A stretch of DNA of 64,000 nucleotides, taken from Acidimicrobiia bacterium. Lineage in GTDB: Bacteria > Actinomycetota > Acidimicrobiia > IMCC26256 > JACDBD01. Position numbers and translations under genes: made by a program. The stretch is taken from contig JBPCMN010000034.1 in NCBI GenBank assembly GCA_051002235.1, positions 1,669 to 65,668 on the forward strand, read 5' to 3'. Below, piece after piece: positions 8,563 through 19,590 of the stretch. How positions within the stretch are numbered: the stretch's first letter is position 1; each line of letters opens with the position of its first letter. The notes beneath the pieces were generated by a model that saw only the letters and a list, made by a program, of their open reading frames with translations, made no database searches and was not told the origin of the DNA.

Positions 8563-10839
8563 ATGCCAATGAGGCCGGTCTTCGCGGTCGCGGCGATCGC
8601 CGGCGCGCTGCTGTCGCAGTCATCGCCCGCGGCCACGAGCTCTTCCTCTGCACGCGTCGAGCGCGTGCTGGTGGTGACGTTGCCGAACGTGTCGTGGGCC
8701 GACTTCGACCGCATGGACCTGCCCAACCTCGACCGGCTCTTCCGCGAGTCGGCCATCGGCGACCTCACGACCCGGGCGAGCCTCGACCGGCGCGCGACGC
8801 GCTTGGGCGACGGCTACATCACGCTCGGGGCCGGGACCCGCGCGATCGGTGACAACGGCACGACGGATGGGCTCGGACTCGGCGTCGATGAGCCCTTCGG
8901 GGTCGACACCGCCGGCGTCGTGTTCGAGCGGCGGACGGGGCGGACCGTGACCGAGGGTGTCGTCCAGATGGGGATCGCCGACATCGTCGACCGTAACGAG
9001 GCGCTGCCGTTCGACGCCGAGCCCGGCGCGCTCGGGGAGGCCCTCACGGACGCGGGCTACGCGCAAGCGGTCATCGCCAACGCCGACGGCAGCGAGCCCA
9101 GCGACGTGCCGCCGGTCTACCGCCGCCAGGCGGTCAGCGCGCTCATGGACGAGGACGGCGTGGTCCCGGGTGGGGCGGTTGGGCCCGAGCTCCTGGTCGA
9201 GGACCGGGGCGCGGTGTTCGGGCTCCGCTACGACAACGAAGCGGTCGTCGCCGCGTTCGACGAGGTGTGGAAGCGGGAGTCGGTCGTCCTGGTCGAGGCG
9301 TCCGAACTGGCCCGGACCGATGCCTATCGGGGCTCCGCCACCCCCGCCCGACGCAAGCAGTTGACCGCGGACGCCTTGCGGCAGTCGGACGAGCTGGTCG
9401 GCGATCTCCTCGGCCGGATCGATCCCGAACGCGATGCCGTGGTGGTGGTCGGACCGGCGCACCCGCAGCGGGAGATCACGCTCACGGTGGCCGCGTTGCG
9501 TGCCCCCGGCGTCGAGCCCGGGCTGCTCCGTTCCGCGACCACGCGCCGATCGGGTTTCGTGCAGCTCGTCGACGTGGCGCCCACGATCCTCGACCTACTC
9601 GACATCGACCGGCCGACATCGATGGAGGGCCGTCCGTTCGAAGTGGGGCGCGAGGGCGGAAGCGCTTCGGATCGGCGCGACTTCCTCGTCGACGCCGACG
9701 AGGCCGCCCGGTTCCGAGACGGACACGGGAGCCAGGTGACGACGGTGTTCGTCGTGGGCCAGCTCGCGGTGGCGGTGGCCGCGGCACTGTGGCTGATGGG
9801 GCGGGTGCGCGGGCGCGGCGTCGCCGGCGCGCTCCGGGGGACGGCGCTCGCGCTCCTCGGCTTCTTGCCGGCCGTGTACCTCGCCCGCACTCTGCCCTTC
9901 CACGACCTCGGAGCCGCCCTGTACTGGGTGTTCCTCGTGTCGGTTGCACTCGCGCTCGCGGCCGCGTACGAGGTCGTGGGGCACAACGATCCTCGAGATT
10001 CCGTCCTGGCCGCGCTGGCGGTCACGGTGGGTGTGCTGGTCGTCGACGTCCTGCTCGGCGCGCCGCTCCAACTCAACAGCGCGTTCGGATACTCACCGAC
10101 CGTCGCCGGTCGCTTCGCGGGCTTCGGGAACCTCGCCTACGCCGCGCTGGCGGGCTCGACGGTGTTGTTGGCGGCCTTCCTCGCCAATCGCATCGGTCGG
10201 CGGCGCGGGGCGTGGGCGGGCGTGGCCGTGCTGGCGGTCGTTCTCGTCGTCGACGGGATGCCGTTCTGGGGCTCTGACGTCGGCGGGGTGCTGTCGATGG
10301 CGCCGGCGTTCGCGATCACCGGCATCCTGCTGCTCGGCTGGCAGGTGCGCCTGCGGGTCGTGGCGCTGGTCGCGGTCGGCACCGTGCTCGCGCTGGGCGG
10401 GTTCGCGCTCATCGACCTCGCCCGGCCGGTCGACAAGCGCACCCACCTGGGGCGCCTCGTCGTGCTCTTCGGAGACGAGGGCGTGGCGGGTGTCGCCACG
10501 ATCATCGAGCGGAAGCTCGGCTCGAGCCTCGAGACCCTTTCGACGTCGGTGTGGGGCCTGATCGTGCCGGTCGCGCTGGTTTTCCTCGCCTATCTGGCGC
10601 GGCGTTCGCCGGTCAGCCTGCGCGACCTGACTGCGCGCTTCCCCGAGCTGCAGGCCGCGATCGTCGGCGTGTTGGTGCTGGCGGTGTTGGGCTTCACGCT
10701 CAACGACTCGGGGATCGCCGTCCCCGGCGTCATGCTGGGCACCTTGACCTCGGTGCTGGTGGTCGTGCTGACGCGGGTGCGCGAGGGGACGGGCGAGAAG
10801 GTCGTGCCCCGGCAGCCCTCGGGCGTGCGCCGGGGGTGA
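8563..10839 (+). CDS. Large membrane protein with extracellular alkaline-phosphatase/phosphoglyceromutase-like domain
   Basis: Signal-like N-terminus; SATTRRSGFVQLVDVAPTIL; about 11 TM; GRFAGFGN, GSDVGG, NDSG. Confidence 0.7.
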   Translation: MPMRPVFAVAAIAGALLSQSSPAATSSSSARVERVLVVTLPNVSWADFDRMDLPNLDRLFRESAIGDLTTRASLDRRATRLGDGYITLGAGTRAIGDNGTTDGLGLGVDEPFGVDTAGVVFERRTGRTVTEGVVQMGIADIVDRNEALPFDAEPGALGEALTDAGYAQAVIANADGSEPSDVPPVYRRQAVSALMDEDGVVPGGAVGPELLVEDRGAVFGLRYDNEAVVAAFDEVWKRESVVLVEASELARTDAYRGSATPARRKQLTADALRQSDELVGDLLGRIDPERDAVVVVGPAHPQREITLTVAALRAPGVEPGLLRSATTRRSGFVQLVDVAPTILDLLDIDRPTSMEGRPFEVGREGGSASDRRDFLVDADEAARFRDGHGSQVTTVFVVGQLAVAVAAALWLMGRVRGRGVAGALRGTALALLGFLPAVYLARTLPFHDLGAALYWVFLVSVALALAAAYEVVGHNDPRDSVLAALAVTVGVLVVDVLLGAPLQLNSAFGYSPTVAGRFAGFGNLAYAALAGSTVLLAAFLANRIGRRRGAWAGVAVLAVVLVVDGMPFWGSDVGGVLSMAPAFAITGILLLGWQVRLRVVALVAVGTVLALGGFALIDLARPVDKRTHLGRLVVLFGDEGVAGVATIIERKLGSSLETLSTSVWGLIVPVALVFLAYLARRSPVSLRDLTARFPELQAAIVGVLVLAVLGFTLNDSGIAVPGVMLGTLTSVLVVVLTRVREGTGEKVVPRQPSGVRRG

Positions 10840-10960
10840 TGTGTCGCCGGCGGGGCGATCGGGAACGCTCCGAGAGGCGGCATCGTTGTCATGCGTGTCA
10901 GAATGGCTCGGCCCGGCGCTCCGAAAACCTCCCCTTCCATCTGGCCCGTTCGGCTTGGTG

Positions 10961-12478
10961 ATGAACCGACAGCTCGAGTCTCCAGCGGCGGTTGCCGCTC
11001 CTGCGACGCCGCGAGCCGGCGCGCCCTGGACCCGCGCCCAGATGCTGCAGGTGTTCCTCCTGTTGCTGCTGCTGGCGCTGGCGTTGCGGGTGCCGGGCTA
11101 CGTCGTCGACGTCTTCAACACCGACGAGACGTTCCTGGCCACCCAGGCCGAGGTCATCAACGACGGCGGCCAGATCTACCAGGAGGCAGTCGACCGCAAG
11201 CCGCCGCTGGTCCCGTACATCTACGCCGCCACCTTCCGGACATTCGGGACGACCGCGCTGTGGTCGGTGCGGGTCATGGCGGCGGTGGCGGTCGCGCTGA
11301 CCGGCTTGCTCGTGGCGGCGGAGGCCCGATCCCGGTACGGGCGGCGGGCGGGGTGGCTGGCCGGGATCCTGCTGGTCTTGGCCACGGGGGCGTTCGTCCC
11401 CCAGGACGGGCAGGCCGCCAACTTCGAGATCTTCATGCTCCCGCCGATGACCGCGGCGGTCCTATTCGCGCGGCGCGGCCGCGGGTTCCTCGCGGGTGGG
11501 GCGGTGGCGGTCGCCACGCTGGCGAAACAGACGGGGGCGGCGACGCTGCTTCCCGTCCTCTACCTCCTCTGGAAGTTCAGGGGTCGCCGCGCCGCCGGCG
11601 ACGCGCTGGCCGGCTTCGCCCTGCCCGTGGCCCTCGTCGCGCTGCTCGTCGGCCCGGGCCAGCTCCTGTTCTGGGCGGTGCTGGGCAACGGCAGCTACCT
11701 CAGTGTCGGGTCGGCCTCGGTGCGGGTCGTGGTGCTGTGCGTGGGGATGACGATCTTCTTCGCCGCGCTCAACCTGCCGATCATCTGGGCGTTGCCGCAG
11801 GCGTGGCAGGAGCGCCGTACCCACGGGCAGGGTGACACCGACCTCTGGCTCTGGCTGGCGTCGGCGGTCCTGTCGGTCATGGTCGGCTTCCGCTTCTTCG
11901 GCCACTACTACCTGCAGCTGCTTCCCCCGCTCGCTCTGTTGAGCGCGGGTGTGCTGGCACGCGCGTCCCGCCAGCTCGCGAAGCGCCTCGTGGTCGGGTC
12001 GGCGTCGATGGCCCTGCTGTTGGTGCTGCTGGCGTTCCCCGAACAGCCGGTCGAGCACCCCGAGTATCGCAACGCCGCCGAGTTCACGGCCACCCATGCG
12101 GGGCCGGACGACCGGATCCTGGTGTGGGGGCACGTGCCCGAGATCTACTGGGCCTCGGGTTCGCGGCCTGCCACCCGCTTCCTGACGAACCGGTTCCTCA
12201 CCGGCTCGTGGAGCGGGCGTGCGCAGGAGGCGGTCTCGGAGGACACGGCGACGCCGGGTGCGTGGCAGCTGTTCTTCGAGGACTTCGCCAGCCATCCGCC
12301 CCGCTACATCCTCGACGCATCAATCTCCGGGATTCGCGAGTCGGAGCACTACCCGATCTCGGCCTACCCGACCTTCGCCGCGATCGTGTTCCGGGAGTAC
12401 CGCTACGTCGAGTTCATCGACGGCATCACCATCTACGAGCGCGTCCCCAACCCGCCCTTCCGCACCGCCGTCTGGTAG
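10961..12478 (+). CDS. Glycosyltransferase family 39 / ArnT-like (GT-C)
   Basis: NTDE, YQEAVDRKPPL, multiple TM, FFGHYYLQLLP. Confidence 0.8.
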   Translation: MNRQLESPAAVAAPATPRAGAPWTRAQMLQVFLLLLLLALALRVPGYVVDVFNTDETFLATQAEVINDGGQIYQEAVDRKPPLVPYIYAATFRTFGTTALWSVRVMAAVAVALTGLLVAAEARSRYGRRAGWLAGILLVLATGAFVPQDGQAANFEIFMLPPMTAAVLFARRGRGFLAGGAVAVATLAKQTGAATLLPVLYLLWKFRGRRAAGDALAGFALPVALVALLVGPGQLLFWAVLGNGSYLSVGSASVRVVVLCVGMTIFFAALNLPIIWALPQAWQERRTHGQGDTDLWLWLASAVLSVMVGFRFFGHYYLQLLPPLALLSAGVLARASRQLAKRLVVGSASMALLLVLLAFPEQPVEHPEYRNAAEFTATHAGPDDRILVWGHVPEIYWASGSRPATRFLTNRFLTGSWSGRAQEAVSEDTATPGAWQLFFEDFASHPPRYILDASISGIRESEHYPISAYPTFAAIVFREYRYVEFIDGITIYERVPNPPFRTAVW

Positions 12479-12520
12479 CAGTCAGAGGCGCCATCCACCG
12501 GCTCGCTGCCAGGATTGTGC

Positions 12521-12574
12521 GGGAGCGGCGAGCGACCCGTTGTGGCGGCGGCAGGTACCCTGCCGCCGAGCGAG
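12521..12574. repeat. REP-like palindromic element
   Basis: Stem CGGCGGCAGG-TAC-CCTGCCGCCG (12546-12568) flanked by GCGAGCGAC and AGCGAG; related element at 59447-59491. Confidence 0.5.
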
Positions 12575-12579
12575 TGCGA

Positions 12580-13305
12580 CTAGACAAGAGGCCAGGGGAC
12601 TGAGTGATATCCCGGCTCCGGTTCCGGCAGCGTTCCCGTTGTCAGCAGCTCGGCGGCGCGCTGCTGCATGGCCTCGAGTTCGAGCGGCGACAGCAGCGGC
12701 GTGAGCGGGTCGACGACCGTGGCGTCGAGCTGGGCGACCCGGCACACGTCGTCGGCGATGACGGGATCGATGCGCTCGCCGGCGAAGTCCCAGATCACGG
12801 TGCGGAGCTTCCACGCCGGGTGGAACGTGAGCCCGTGGTCGATGCCGAGGATGCCGCCGTCGGGCCGGCTGCGCAGGCAGTGACCGCCCTTGCGGTCGGC
12901 GTTGTTGACCAGCACGTCGAACACCGCGAAACGGCGGAAGCGGTCGGCGTGCTGTTCGAGGAGGGTGAAGTAGTGCTCCTCGGGATCGTGGTCGACGAAA
13001 CGTTGCACCATGCCCTCGCCCAGCGGGCCGTCGCGCAACACGGTGGCGGGGATCAGGCCCCAGCCGAGCGCGGCCGACAGCTCGTACGTCGCGACCTCGC
13101 GCTCGCAGAGCGTCCCGTTGGGGAAGTCCCACAGCGGTCGCTCGCCCCGGCGGGGCTTGTACACCGCCGCGACCTCCGCGCCGTTGTTGCGGACGCGTGC
13201 CAGGAAGGTCGCATTGGACGCGTAGTGCATGCGTCCGAGCACCTCGAGCTCGCCGACGGCGAGCTCCTCGGCGGCGGCGGAGTCGCTCAGTTCCAGCGGG
13301 GGCAC
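12580..13305 (-). CDS. SCO1664 family protein (PI3/4-kinase-like fold)
   Basis: ASNATF, VYKPRRGERPLWDFP, REVATY, NNADRKGGH, GIDHGLTF. Confidence 0.9.
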   Translation of the reverse strand: MPPLELSDSAAAEELAVGELEVLGRMHYASNATFLARVRNNGAEVAAVYKPRRGERPLWDFPNGTLCEREVATYELSAALGWGLIPATVLRDGPLGEGMVQRFVDHDPEEHYFTLLEQHADRFRRFAVFDVLVNNADRKGGHCLRSRPDGGILGIDHGLTFHPAWKLRTVIWDFAGERIDPVIADDVCRVAQLDATVVDPLTPLLSPLELEAMQQRAAELLTTGTLPEPEPGYHSVPWPLV

Positions 13306-13868
13306 CGGTGCCCGGCCGGGTCCATGGGCATGTCACACAGCGGGCACGGAGGTCGGCCGGCGGCGACCGCGGCCGCGCCGCGCGCCGCCATCGCCCGCAC
13401 CTGTGAGCGGGTGGCGTAGATGCGGGCGACGTAACCCGCTTCCTCCATCTCCATGGGCTCGCTCACTTCGGGCGGGGTTACCCCGCCCGCGGACGCTCGC
13501 TCCCCGGCGGGCAGCTCGCCCTCGTCCTCCTCTTCTTCCCCGCTGGGGCGCTCGCGCAGCTCGATCAGCACGCGCTCGCGCTCGGGGTCAAAACCCAAGC
13601 CGATCAGCCGCGCCCGGAAGAGCGGGACGGTGGGCTCCCGCAGATCCTGCTTCGGCGCCTCGTCGTCGTCCTCGGGGAAGTCGTCGGCGATGCGATCGAG
13701 GAAGGTGATGGCCTCGGCGGCGAGCAGCGCCACCTGCTCCTTCTCGACCAGCACCGTGAGCTGGGTCGACTCGGTGCGGGCCTGGATGAAGAACTCACGC
13801 TCGCCCGGCTCGCCTACCGCGCCGGCGGCAAGCGCGTCGATCTCCTCGAACTCGATGTCATCAGCCAT
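13287..13868 (-). CDS. DUF3090 family protein
   Basis: AGAVGEPGEREFFIQA, EKEQVALL, AGRPPCPLC..PMDPAGHRCPRWN. Confidence 0.88.
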   Translation of the reverse strand: MADDIEFEEIDALAAGAVGEPGEREFFIQARTESTQLTVLVEKEQVALLAAEAITFLDRIADDFPEDDDEAPKQDLREPTVPLFRARLIGLGFDPERERVLIELRERPSGEEEEDEGELPAGERASAGGVTPPEVSEPMEMEEAGYVARIYATRSQVRAMAARGAAAVAAGRPPCPLCDMPMDPAGHRCPRWN

Positions 13869-13920
13869 CCCTATTGCTCCGTTCGCCCGGGGACGGGGTA
13901 CCCTGCCCCGACCCTTCGGG

Positions 13921-14604
13921 TCACTCACTCCGCTGCAACTCGTCGAGGTCTCCGGTGTCGTTGCACTTCACCAGAGCGGCGCCGTACGGCGACAGGTCGA
14001 AGATGGTCACCGACGCCGGTGAGACGACCAGCCGCTGGAACAAGTCGAGGTGGAGGCCGGTGAAGTGGGCGATGGCGGCCTTGATGGGATCCGCGTGCGA
14101 GACGACCACGACGATCTCGCCGGCATGGTCGGCGACCACCGCCTCGAGCGCGGTCACCATGCGCCCCTGCATCTCGGCCAGCGACTCGCCTCCCGGGAAG
14201 CGGGCCCGGGAAGGCGCCCGCTGCACCGTCTTCCAGAGCTCAGTCTTGGCCAGGTCGGCGAGCTTGCCGCCCGTCCACTCGCCGTAGTCGGCCTCGATCA
14301 CGCCCGGCAACTCGCTGACGTCGACGCCGTGGTGGGTCGCGATCGCCTCGGCCGTCTGGGCGGTGCGCTCGATCGGGCTGGCGTACACCGCCGCGACCGG
14401 GATCTCGGCCAGTCGCTCGCCCAGCGCCTTGGCCTGGCGGCGCCCGTCGTCGGACAGGTCGACGCCGGGAGCGCGGCCGGTCAGCATCGGGCCGGTCTGC
14501 TCCGTCACCGCGTGGCGCACCAGCACCAGCTTGGTCGCGGAGGGCCGCTTCGCCTTCGTCTTGGCCTTCTTCGTGACCTTCCTCGGGACCTTTTTCGTGA
14601 CCAC
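13921..14604 (-). CDS. Histidine phosphatase, MSMEG_4193 family
   Basis: LVRHA, SPIERTAQTA, EADYGEWTG, FPGGES, SHADPIK, FQRLVVSPASV. Confidence 0.88.
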   Translation of the reverse strand: MVTKKVPRKVTKKAKTKAKRPSATKLVLVRHAVTEQTGPMLTGRAPGVDLSDDGRRQAKALGERLAEIPVAAVYASPIERTAQTAEAIATHHGVDVSELPGVIEADYGEWTGGKLADLAKTELWKTVQRAPSRARFPGGESLAEMQGRMVTALEAVVADHAGEIVVVVSHADPIKAAIAHFTGLHLDLFQRLVVSPASVTIFDLSPYGAALVKCNDTGDLDELQRSE

Positions 14605-14662
14605 AGCATTGATCGTACCGGGGGGCGATCGGGCGCCTTCCCGCGGGACCTACATTCATGCC

Positions 14663-15103
14663 GTGACCGAGCAGCACCCGGTGAGCCTGACCGGCGGCGT
14701 TCCCGAGACCGTGCTCGAACCCGAGCCCGCGGACGCGCTGGTGGCGCTCGACTCCGCCCTCGCCGAACTGGTCGACGCTCGCCGGGCCGCGGTCGCGACC
14801 GTCGTGGCCCGCTGGCCCCGCTTCCTCGACGGTTGGGCCCGCCTCGGTGAGCTCGCCCGTGACGACGTGGAGGCGTACGCGTGCTTCCGTGTCGGCTACC
14901 ACCGCGGCCTCGACCGGCTGCGTCAGTCGGGCTGGCGTGGCTCGGGGTACGTCCGCTGGGCCCACGAGACGAACCGGGGGTTCCTGCGCGCGCTCGACGG
15001 CCTGCGGACGAGTGCGGCCGCGATCGGCGAGGCCGACGAGGAGCAACGCTGCGCCGAGTTCCTGCACCAGCTCGAGCCCGACTGGGAGCGCCGCGACCGG
15101 TAG
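14663..15103 (+). CDS. DUF3151 family protein
   Basis: AYACFRVGYHRGLDRLRQSGWRGSGYVRWAHETNRGFLRAL. Confidence 0.85.
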   Translation: MTEQHPVSLTGGVPETVLEPEPADALVALDSALAELVDARRAAVATVVARWPRFLDGWARLGELARDDVEAYACFRVGYHRGLDRLRQSGWRGSGYVRWAHETNRGFLRALDGLRTSAAAIGEADEEQRCAEFLHQLEPDWERRDR

Positions 15104-15133
15104 CGTGGGCGCGATCACCGGAGGGAGAGCCGT

Positions 15134-16125
<992 letters not shown>

Positions 16126-16129
<4 letters not shown>

Positions 16130-17490
16130 GCGCCCACGACGTCGGTGAGCTTGCGGGCCGCGGTCAGCACCGGGTCCCACAGCGGTGAGAACGGCGGCGC
16201 GTAGCCGACGTCCAGGCCGATCAGCTCCTCGGCGGTCATCCCGTTCCAAATTGCGGCGGCAAGGACGTCGATGCGCTTGGCCGCGCCCTCCTTGCCCACG
16301 ATCTGACCACCGAGCAGCTGTCCGGTGCCGAGCTCCGCGACCACCTTGACCTTGATCTGCTCGGCTCCGGGGAAGTAGCCCGCGCGGGTCGTCGCCTCGA
16401 TCGTGGCCGCGACGGAGTCGATCCCGGCCTCCGCCGTCTCGCGTTCGGTGAGCCCGGTGCGGGCGACCTCGTGCGCGCACACCTTCGTCACCGCCGTCCC
16501 GATCACGCCCGGGAACGTCGCCTCGCCGTCGGTGACATTGACGCCGACCACGCGGCCCTGCTTGTTGGCGTGGGTGCCCAGCGCGATCGCCACCGGCCGG
16601 TGCGAGATGCGGTGCCACGTCTCGACGCAGTCGCCCGCGGCCCAGACCCCGTCGGTGGTGGTCTCCATCCGCTCGTCAGTCATGATCCCGCCGGTCTCGC
16701 CGACACCCAGGCCGGCCTCGATGGCGAGCGCGCTGTTGGGCGCCACGCCCAACCCGAGGACGACGAGATCGCACGGCAGCGTCCGCTGCTCGGTGACCAC
16801 CGCACGCACCCGCCCGTCCGAGGCTTCGAAGGCGGTCGCCCGCTCTCCGAGGTACAGCTTCACGCCGACACCACCAAGCGCGTCGGCCACTAGCGCGCCC
16901 ATGTCGGGGTCGAGCGTGTACATCGGCTGCTCGTGCGCCTCGACCAGCGCGACCTCGAGGCCTCGCCGCGTCATCGCCTCGGCCATCTCGAGCCCGACAT
17001 AGCCACTACCGATCACGACCGCGCGCGCCGGCTTGTCCTGGTCGACGGCGCGGCGCACCGTGATGCCGTCGGCCAACGTCTGCACGCCGAAGACGCCGTC
17101 GGCATCGATCCCGTCGAGCTGGGGGCGCACCGGCACCGCGCCGGTGCCGAGCACCAGCTGGTCGAAGCCGTGGTCGGCCTCGTCGCCGCCGTCCAGGTCA
17201 CGCACGTGCACGACCCGGCGGCCGAGGTCAACGCCGACGACCTCGTGCCGGGTGCGGACGTCGATGCCGCGCTGGCGGTGCTCCTCGGGCGAGCGCGCCA
17301 CCAGATCGCCGTACTCGTGCACGACGTCGCCGACGAGGTACGGGATGCCGCAGGCGGAGTACGACGTGAACTCGCCCCGCTCGAACGCCACGATCTCGAG
17401 CTCGCCCGTATCGGGGACGCGCCGTCGCGCCTGCGACGCCGCGGTCATGCCGCCGGCGTCACCGCCGACGACGACGAGCCGGTCGGTCAC
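16126..17490 (-). CDS. CoA-disulfide reductase / NADH oxidase family flavoprotein
   Basis: VVVGGDAGGMTAA, SYSACGIPY, GSGYVGLE, WAAGDC, YAPPFSPLWDP. Confidence 0.9.
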
Positions 17491-18473
17491 GCGCCGGCGG
17501 CCGCCCGGAAGCCCGCCATGCCCTCGAGCGCGGCCTCGGCCTCGGCCACGAACCGCCGCACCAGCTCGCCCGCGGGTACCAGCTCGTCGATCGCGCCGGT
17601 GCCCTGGCCCGCGGGGTAGCACTCGCGGTCGGGATCGACGCCGGCGGCGGCGTCGCCACCCGAGAGGTGGAGCGTGCCCTCCTCGAGGGCCGCGAACATC
17701 TGGTCGGGGAACGGCTTGAGGTTCTCGGGGTGGTCCTCGTAATACTGGGTGGTCTTGTTGCGCACCGCCCGCAGGGTCTTGCCGGTGAAGGCCCGGCTGA
17801 CGACGGTGCCATCCTCGGCGGTACGCACGAGCGCGTCCTTGTAGCCGGGCGTCGCTCGCGCCTCGGGAGTGGCGATGAACCGGGTGCCGATCCACACGCC
17901 GTCGGCGCCGAGCGCAAGCGAGGCGGCGAGGCCGCGGCCGTCGAAGATGCCGCCCGCCGCGACTACCGGGACGCGGTCGCCGACCGCGTCGACCATCTGG
18001 GGGACGAGCGGCATGGTCGCGACCGTGCCGGTGTGGCCGCCGGCCTCGGTGCCCTGGGCGACGACGAGATCGCAGCCGGCCTCGACCGCGGCCACCGCAT
18101 GCCGCACCTTGCCGCACATGTTGGCGACGAGGACGTTGTTGTCGTGGCAGAGCTTCACCGCGTCGCGGGGCACGCCCAGCCCGGCCACGAAGACCTGCGC
18201 CCCTTCCCGGATGACGTGCTCGACGTTGGCCATCATCTGCTCGGGGAGCGCGGTGAGGAGGTCGACGCCGAACGGCTTGTCGGTCTGGCGCTTGACGGCG
18301 CGGATCTCCTCGATCATCTCGTCCTGCGCCATCGCCGACGCGCCGAGGCAGCCGAAGCCGCCGGCCTCGGAGACCGCCGCGACCAACTGGTTGTAGGAGA
18401 CGCCGCCCATGCCGGCGAGCATCACCGGGTGCTCGATCTGGAGGACTTCAGTGAGTCGGGTGCGCAAGGTCAC
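17487..18473 (-). CDS. Nitronate monooxygenase / FabK-like flavoprotein
   Basis: [47 protein letters not shown]. Confidence 0.9.
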   Translation of the reverse strand: MTLRTRLTEVLQIEHPVMLAGMGGVSYNQLVAAVSEAGGFGCLGASAMAQDEMIEEIRAVKRQTDKPFGVDLLTALPEQMMANVEHVIREGAQVFVAGLGVPRDAVKLCHDNNVLVANMCGKVRHAVAAVEAGCDLVVAQGTEAGGHTGTVATMPLVPQMVDAVGDRVPVVAAGGIFDGRGLAASLALGADGVWIGTRFIATPEARATPGYKDALVRTAEDGTVVSRAFTGKTLRAVRNKTTQYYEDHPENLKPFPDQMFAALEEGTLHLSGGDAAAGVDPDRECYPAGQGTGAIDELVPAGELVRRFVAEAEAALEGMAGFRAAAGA

Positions 18474-18508
18474 GGGGTGAAGCTACTCCGGGGCGGTACC
18501 CTCGGTTC

Positions 18509-19000
18509 GTGGAGACTCCCCTCGTCGGCGTGATCATGGGCAGCGACTCCGACCTGACGGTCATGAAGCCCGCGGTCGACGTGCTGGTCGAGTTCGAGGT
18601 AGCCCACGAGGTGCGGGTGGTGTCCGCGCACCGCACGCCCGAGGCGATGACCGAGTACGCCAAGAGCGCCGCGGGGCGCGGGCTCGAGGTCATCATCGCG
18701 GGGGCGGGCGGCGCGGCTCATCTGCCCGGGATGGTGGCGGCGCTGACGCCGTTGCCGGTGATCGGTGTGCCGGTGCCGCAGGAGCACCACAACGGGCTCG
18801 ACTCGCTGCTGTCGATCGTCGAGATGCCCGAGGGCGTGCCGGTGGCGACGGTCGGGGTCGGGAAGGCGCGCAACGCCGGGCTCCTGGCCGTCCGGATCCT
18901 CGACGATCCCCAGCTGCGCGCTCGTATGGAGCGCTTCCAGGAGGGGCTGGCCGAGTCCGTGGCCGAGAAGGACGAGAGCGTCCGCAAGCAGTTCGAGTAA
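18509..19000 (+). CDS. purE: N5-CAIR mutase
   Basis: [43 protein letters not shown]. Confidence 0.96.
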   Translation: METPLVGVIMGSDSDLTVMKPAVDVLVEFEVAHEVRVVSAHRTPEAMTEYAKSAAGRGLEVIIAGAGGAAHLPGMVAALTPLPVIGVPVPQEHHNGLDSLLSIVEMPEGVPVATVGVGKARNAGLLAVRILDDPQLRARMERFQEGLAESVAEKDESVRKQFE

Positions 19001-19059
19001 CGCGAGCCCATCCGAGGCCGGCTGTTCAGGGTGCGCGCTGCTCAGTCGCTCGGCTGTAT

Positions 19060-19078
19060 CGCAGGTTGAACACCTGCG
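19060..19078. terminator. Hairpin between convergent genes
   Basis: CGCAGGT-tgaac-ACCTGCG. Confidence 0.35.
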
Positions 19079-19081
19079 GTA

Positions 19082-19429
19082 CTACAAGTACCAACCGCTC
19101 ACGACCACCGCGACTCCGGGCAGACCAATCAGACTCAGCAGCAAGACCAACCCCAAGGCTCCTGCAAAGACGCCGTAATACGCGGCGCGATCCGCTGGTC
19201 GAACCCGGACTCCCAGGAAAATCGTCGCCACGACACCGACGGCGATGAGCAGAACGACGATACCGAAGAGCGGCTCACCATCCGCAACGAACGCAGCCCC
19301 CACAGGGACCATCAATAGCGCCGAGGCAATCGCGAGAACGCCGGCAACGTTGAGGACTGCTCGCTGCGTACGCTCCGACATCGGGATGAGTGGTGGGCGA
19401 TCCACTGACTCGTGCAGTCGTTTGAACAT
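19082..19429 (-). CDS. Hypothetical membrane protein (3 TM), lower GC
   Basis: Hydrophobic ORF; ATG 19429 or 19381; visibly more A/T than flanks. Confidence 0.5.
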   Translation of the reverse strand: MFKRLHESVDRPPLIPMSERTQRAVLNVAGVLAIASALLMVPVGAAFVADGEPLFGIVVLLIAVGVVATIFLGVRVRPADRAAYYGVFAGALGLVLLLSLIGLPGVAVVVSGWYL

Positions 19430-19505
19430 CACCGACACCCGACGTTTGATCTCGACAGCGCACCAGAGACTGCCACCGGCCCCAACGATCCGACCACTGG
19501 GGCCC

Positions 19506-19534
19506 TTGACAGACGAACACCTGTTCGCTATGCT
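19506..19534 (+). promoter_or_regulatory. SigA-type promoter with LexA (SOS) box in the spacer
   Basis: TTGACA 19506-19511, 17 bp, TATGCT 19529-19534; CGAAC-acct-GTTCG 19514-19527. Confidence 0.8.
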
Positions 19535-19590
19535 CTCAATACTCCCCTCGAATGCTTCCCCCGTCCGTGTCGTTTCCCGGAGGGGGAAGC

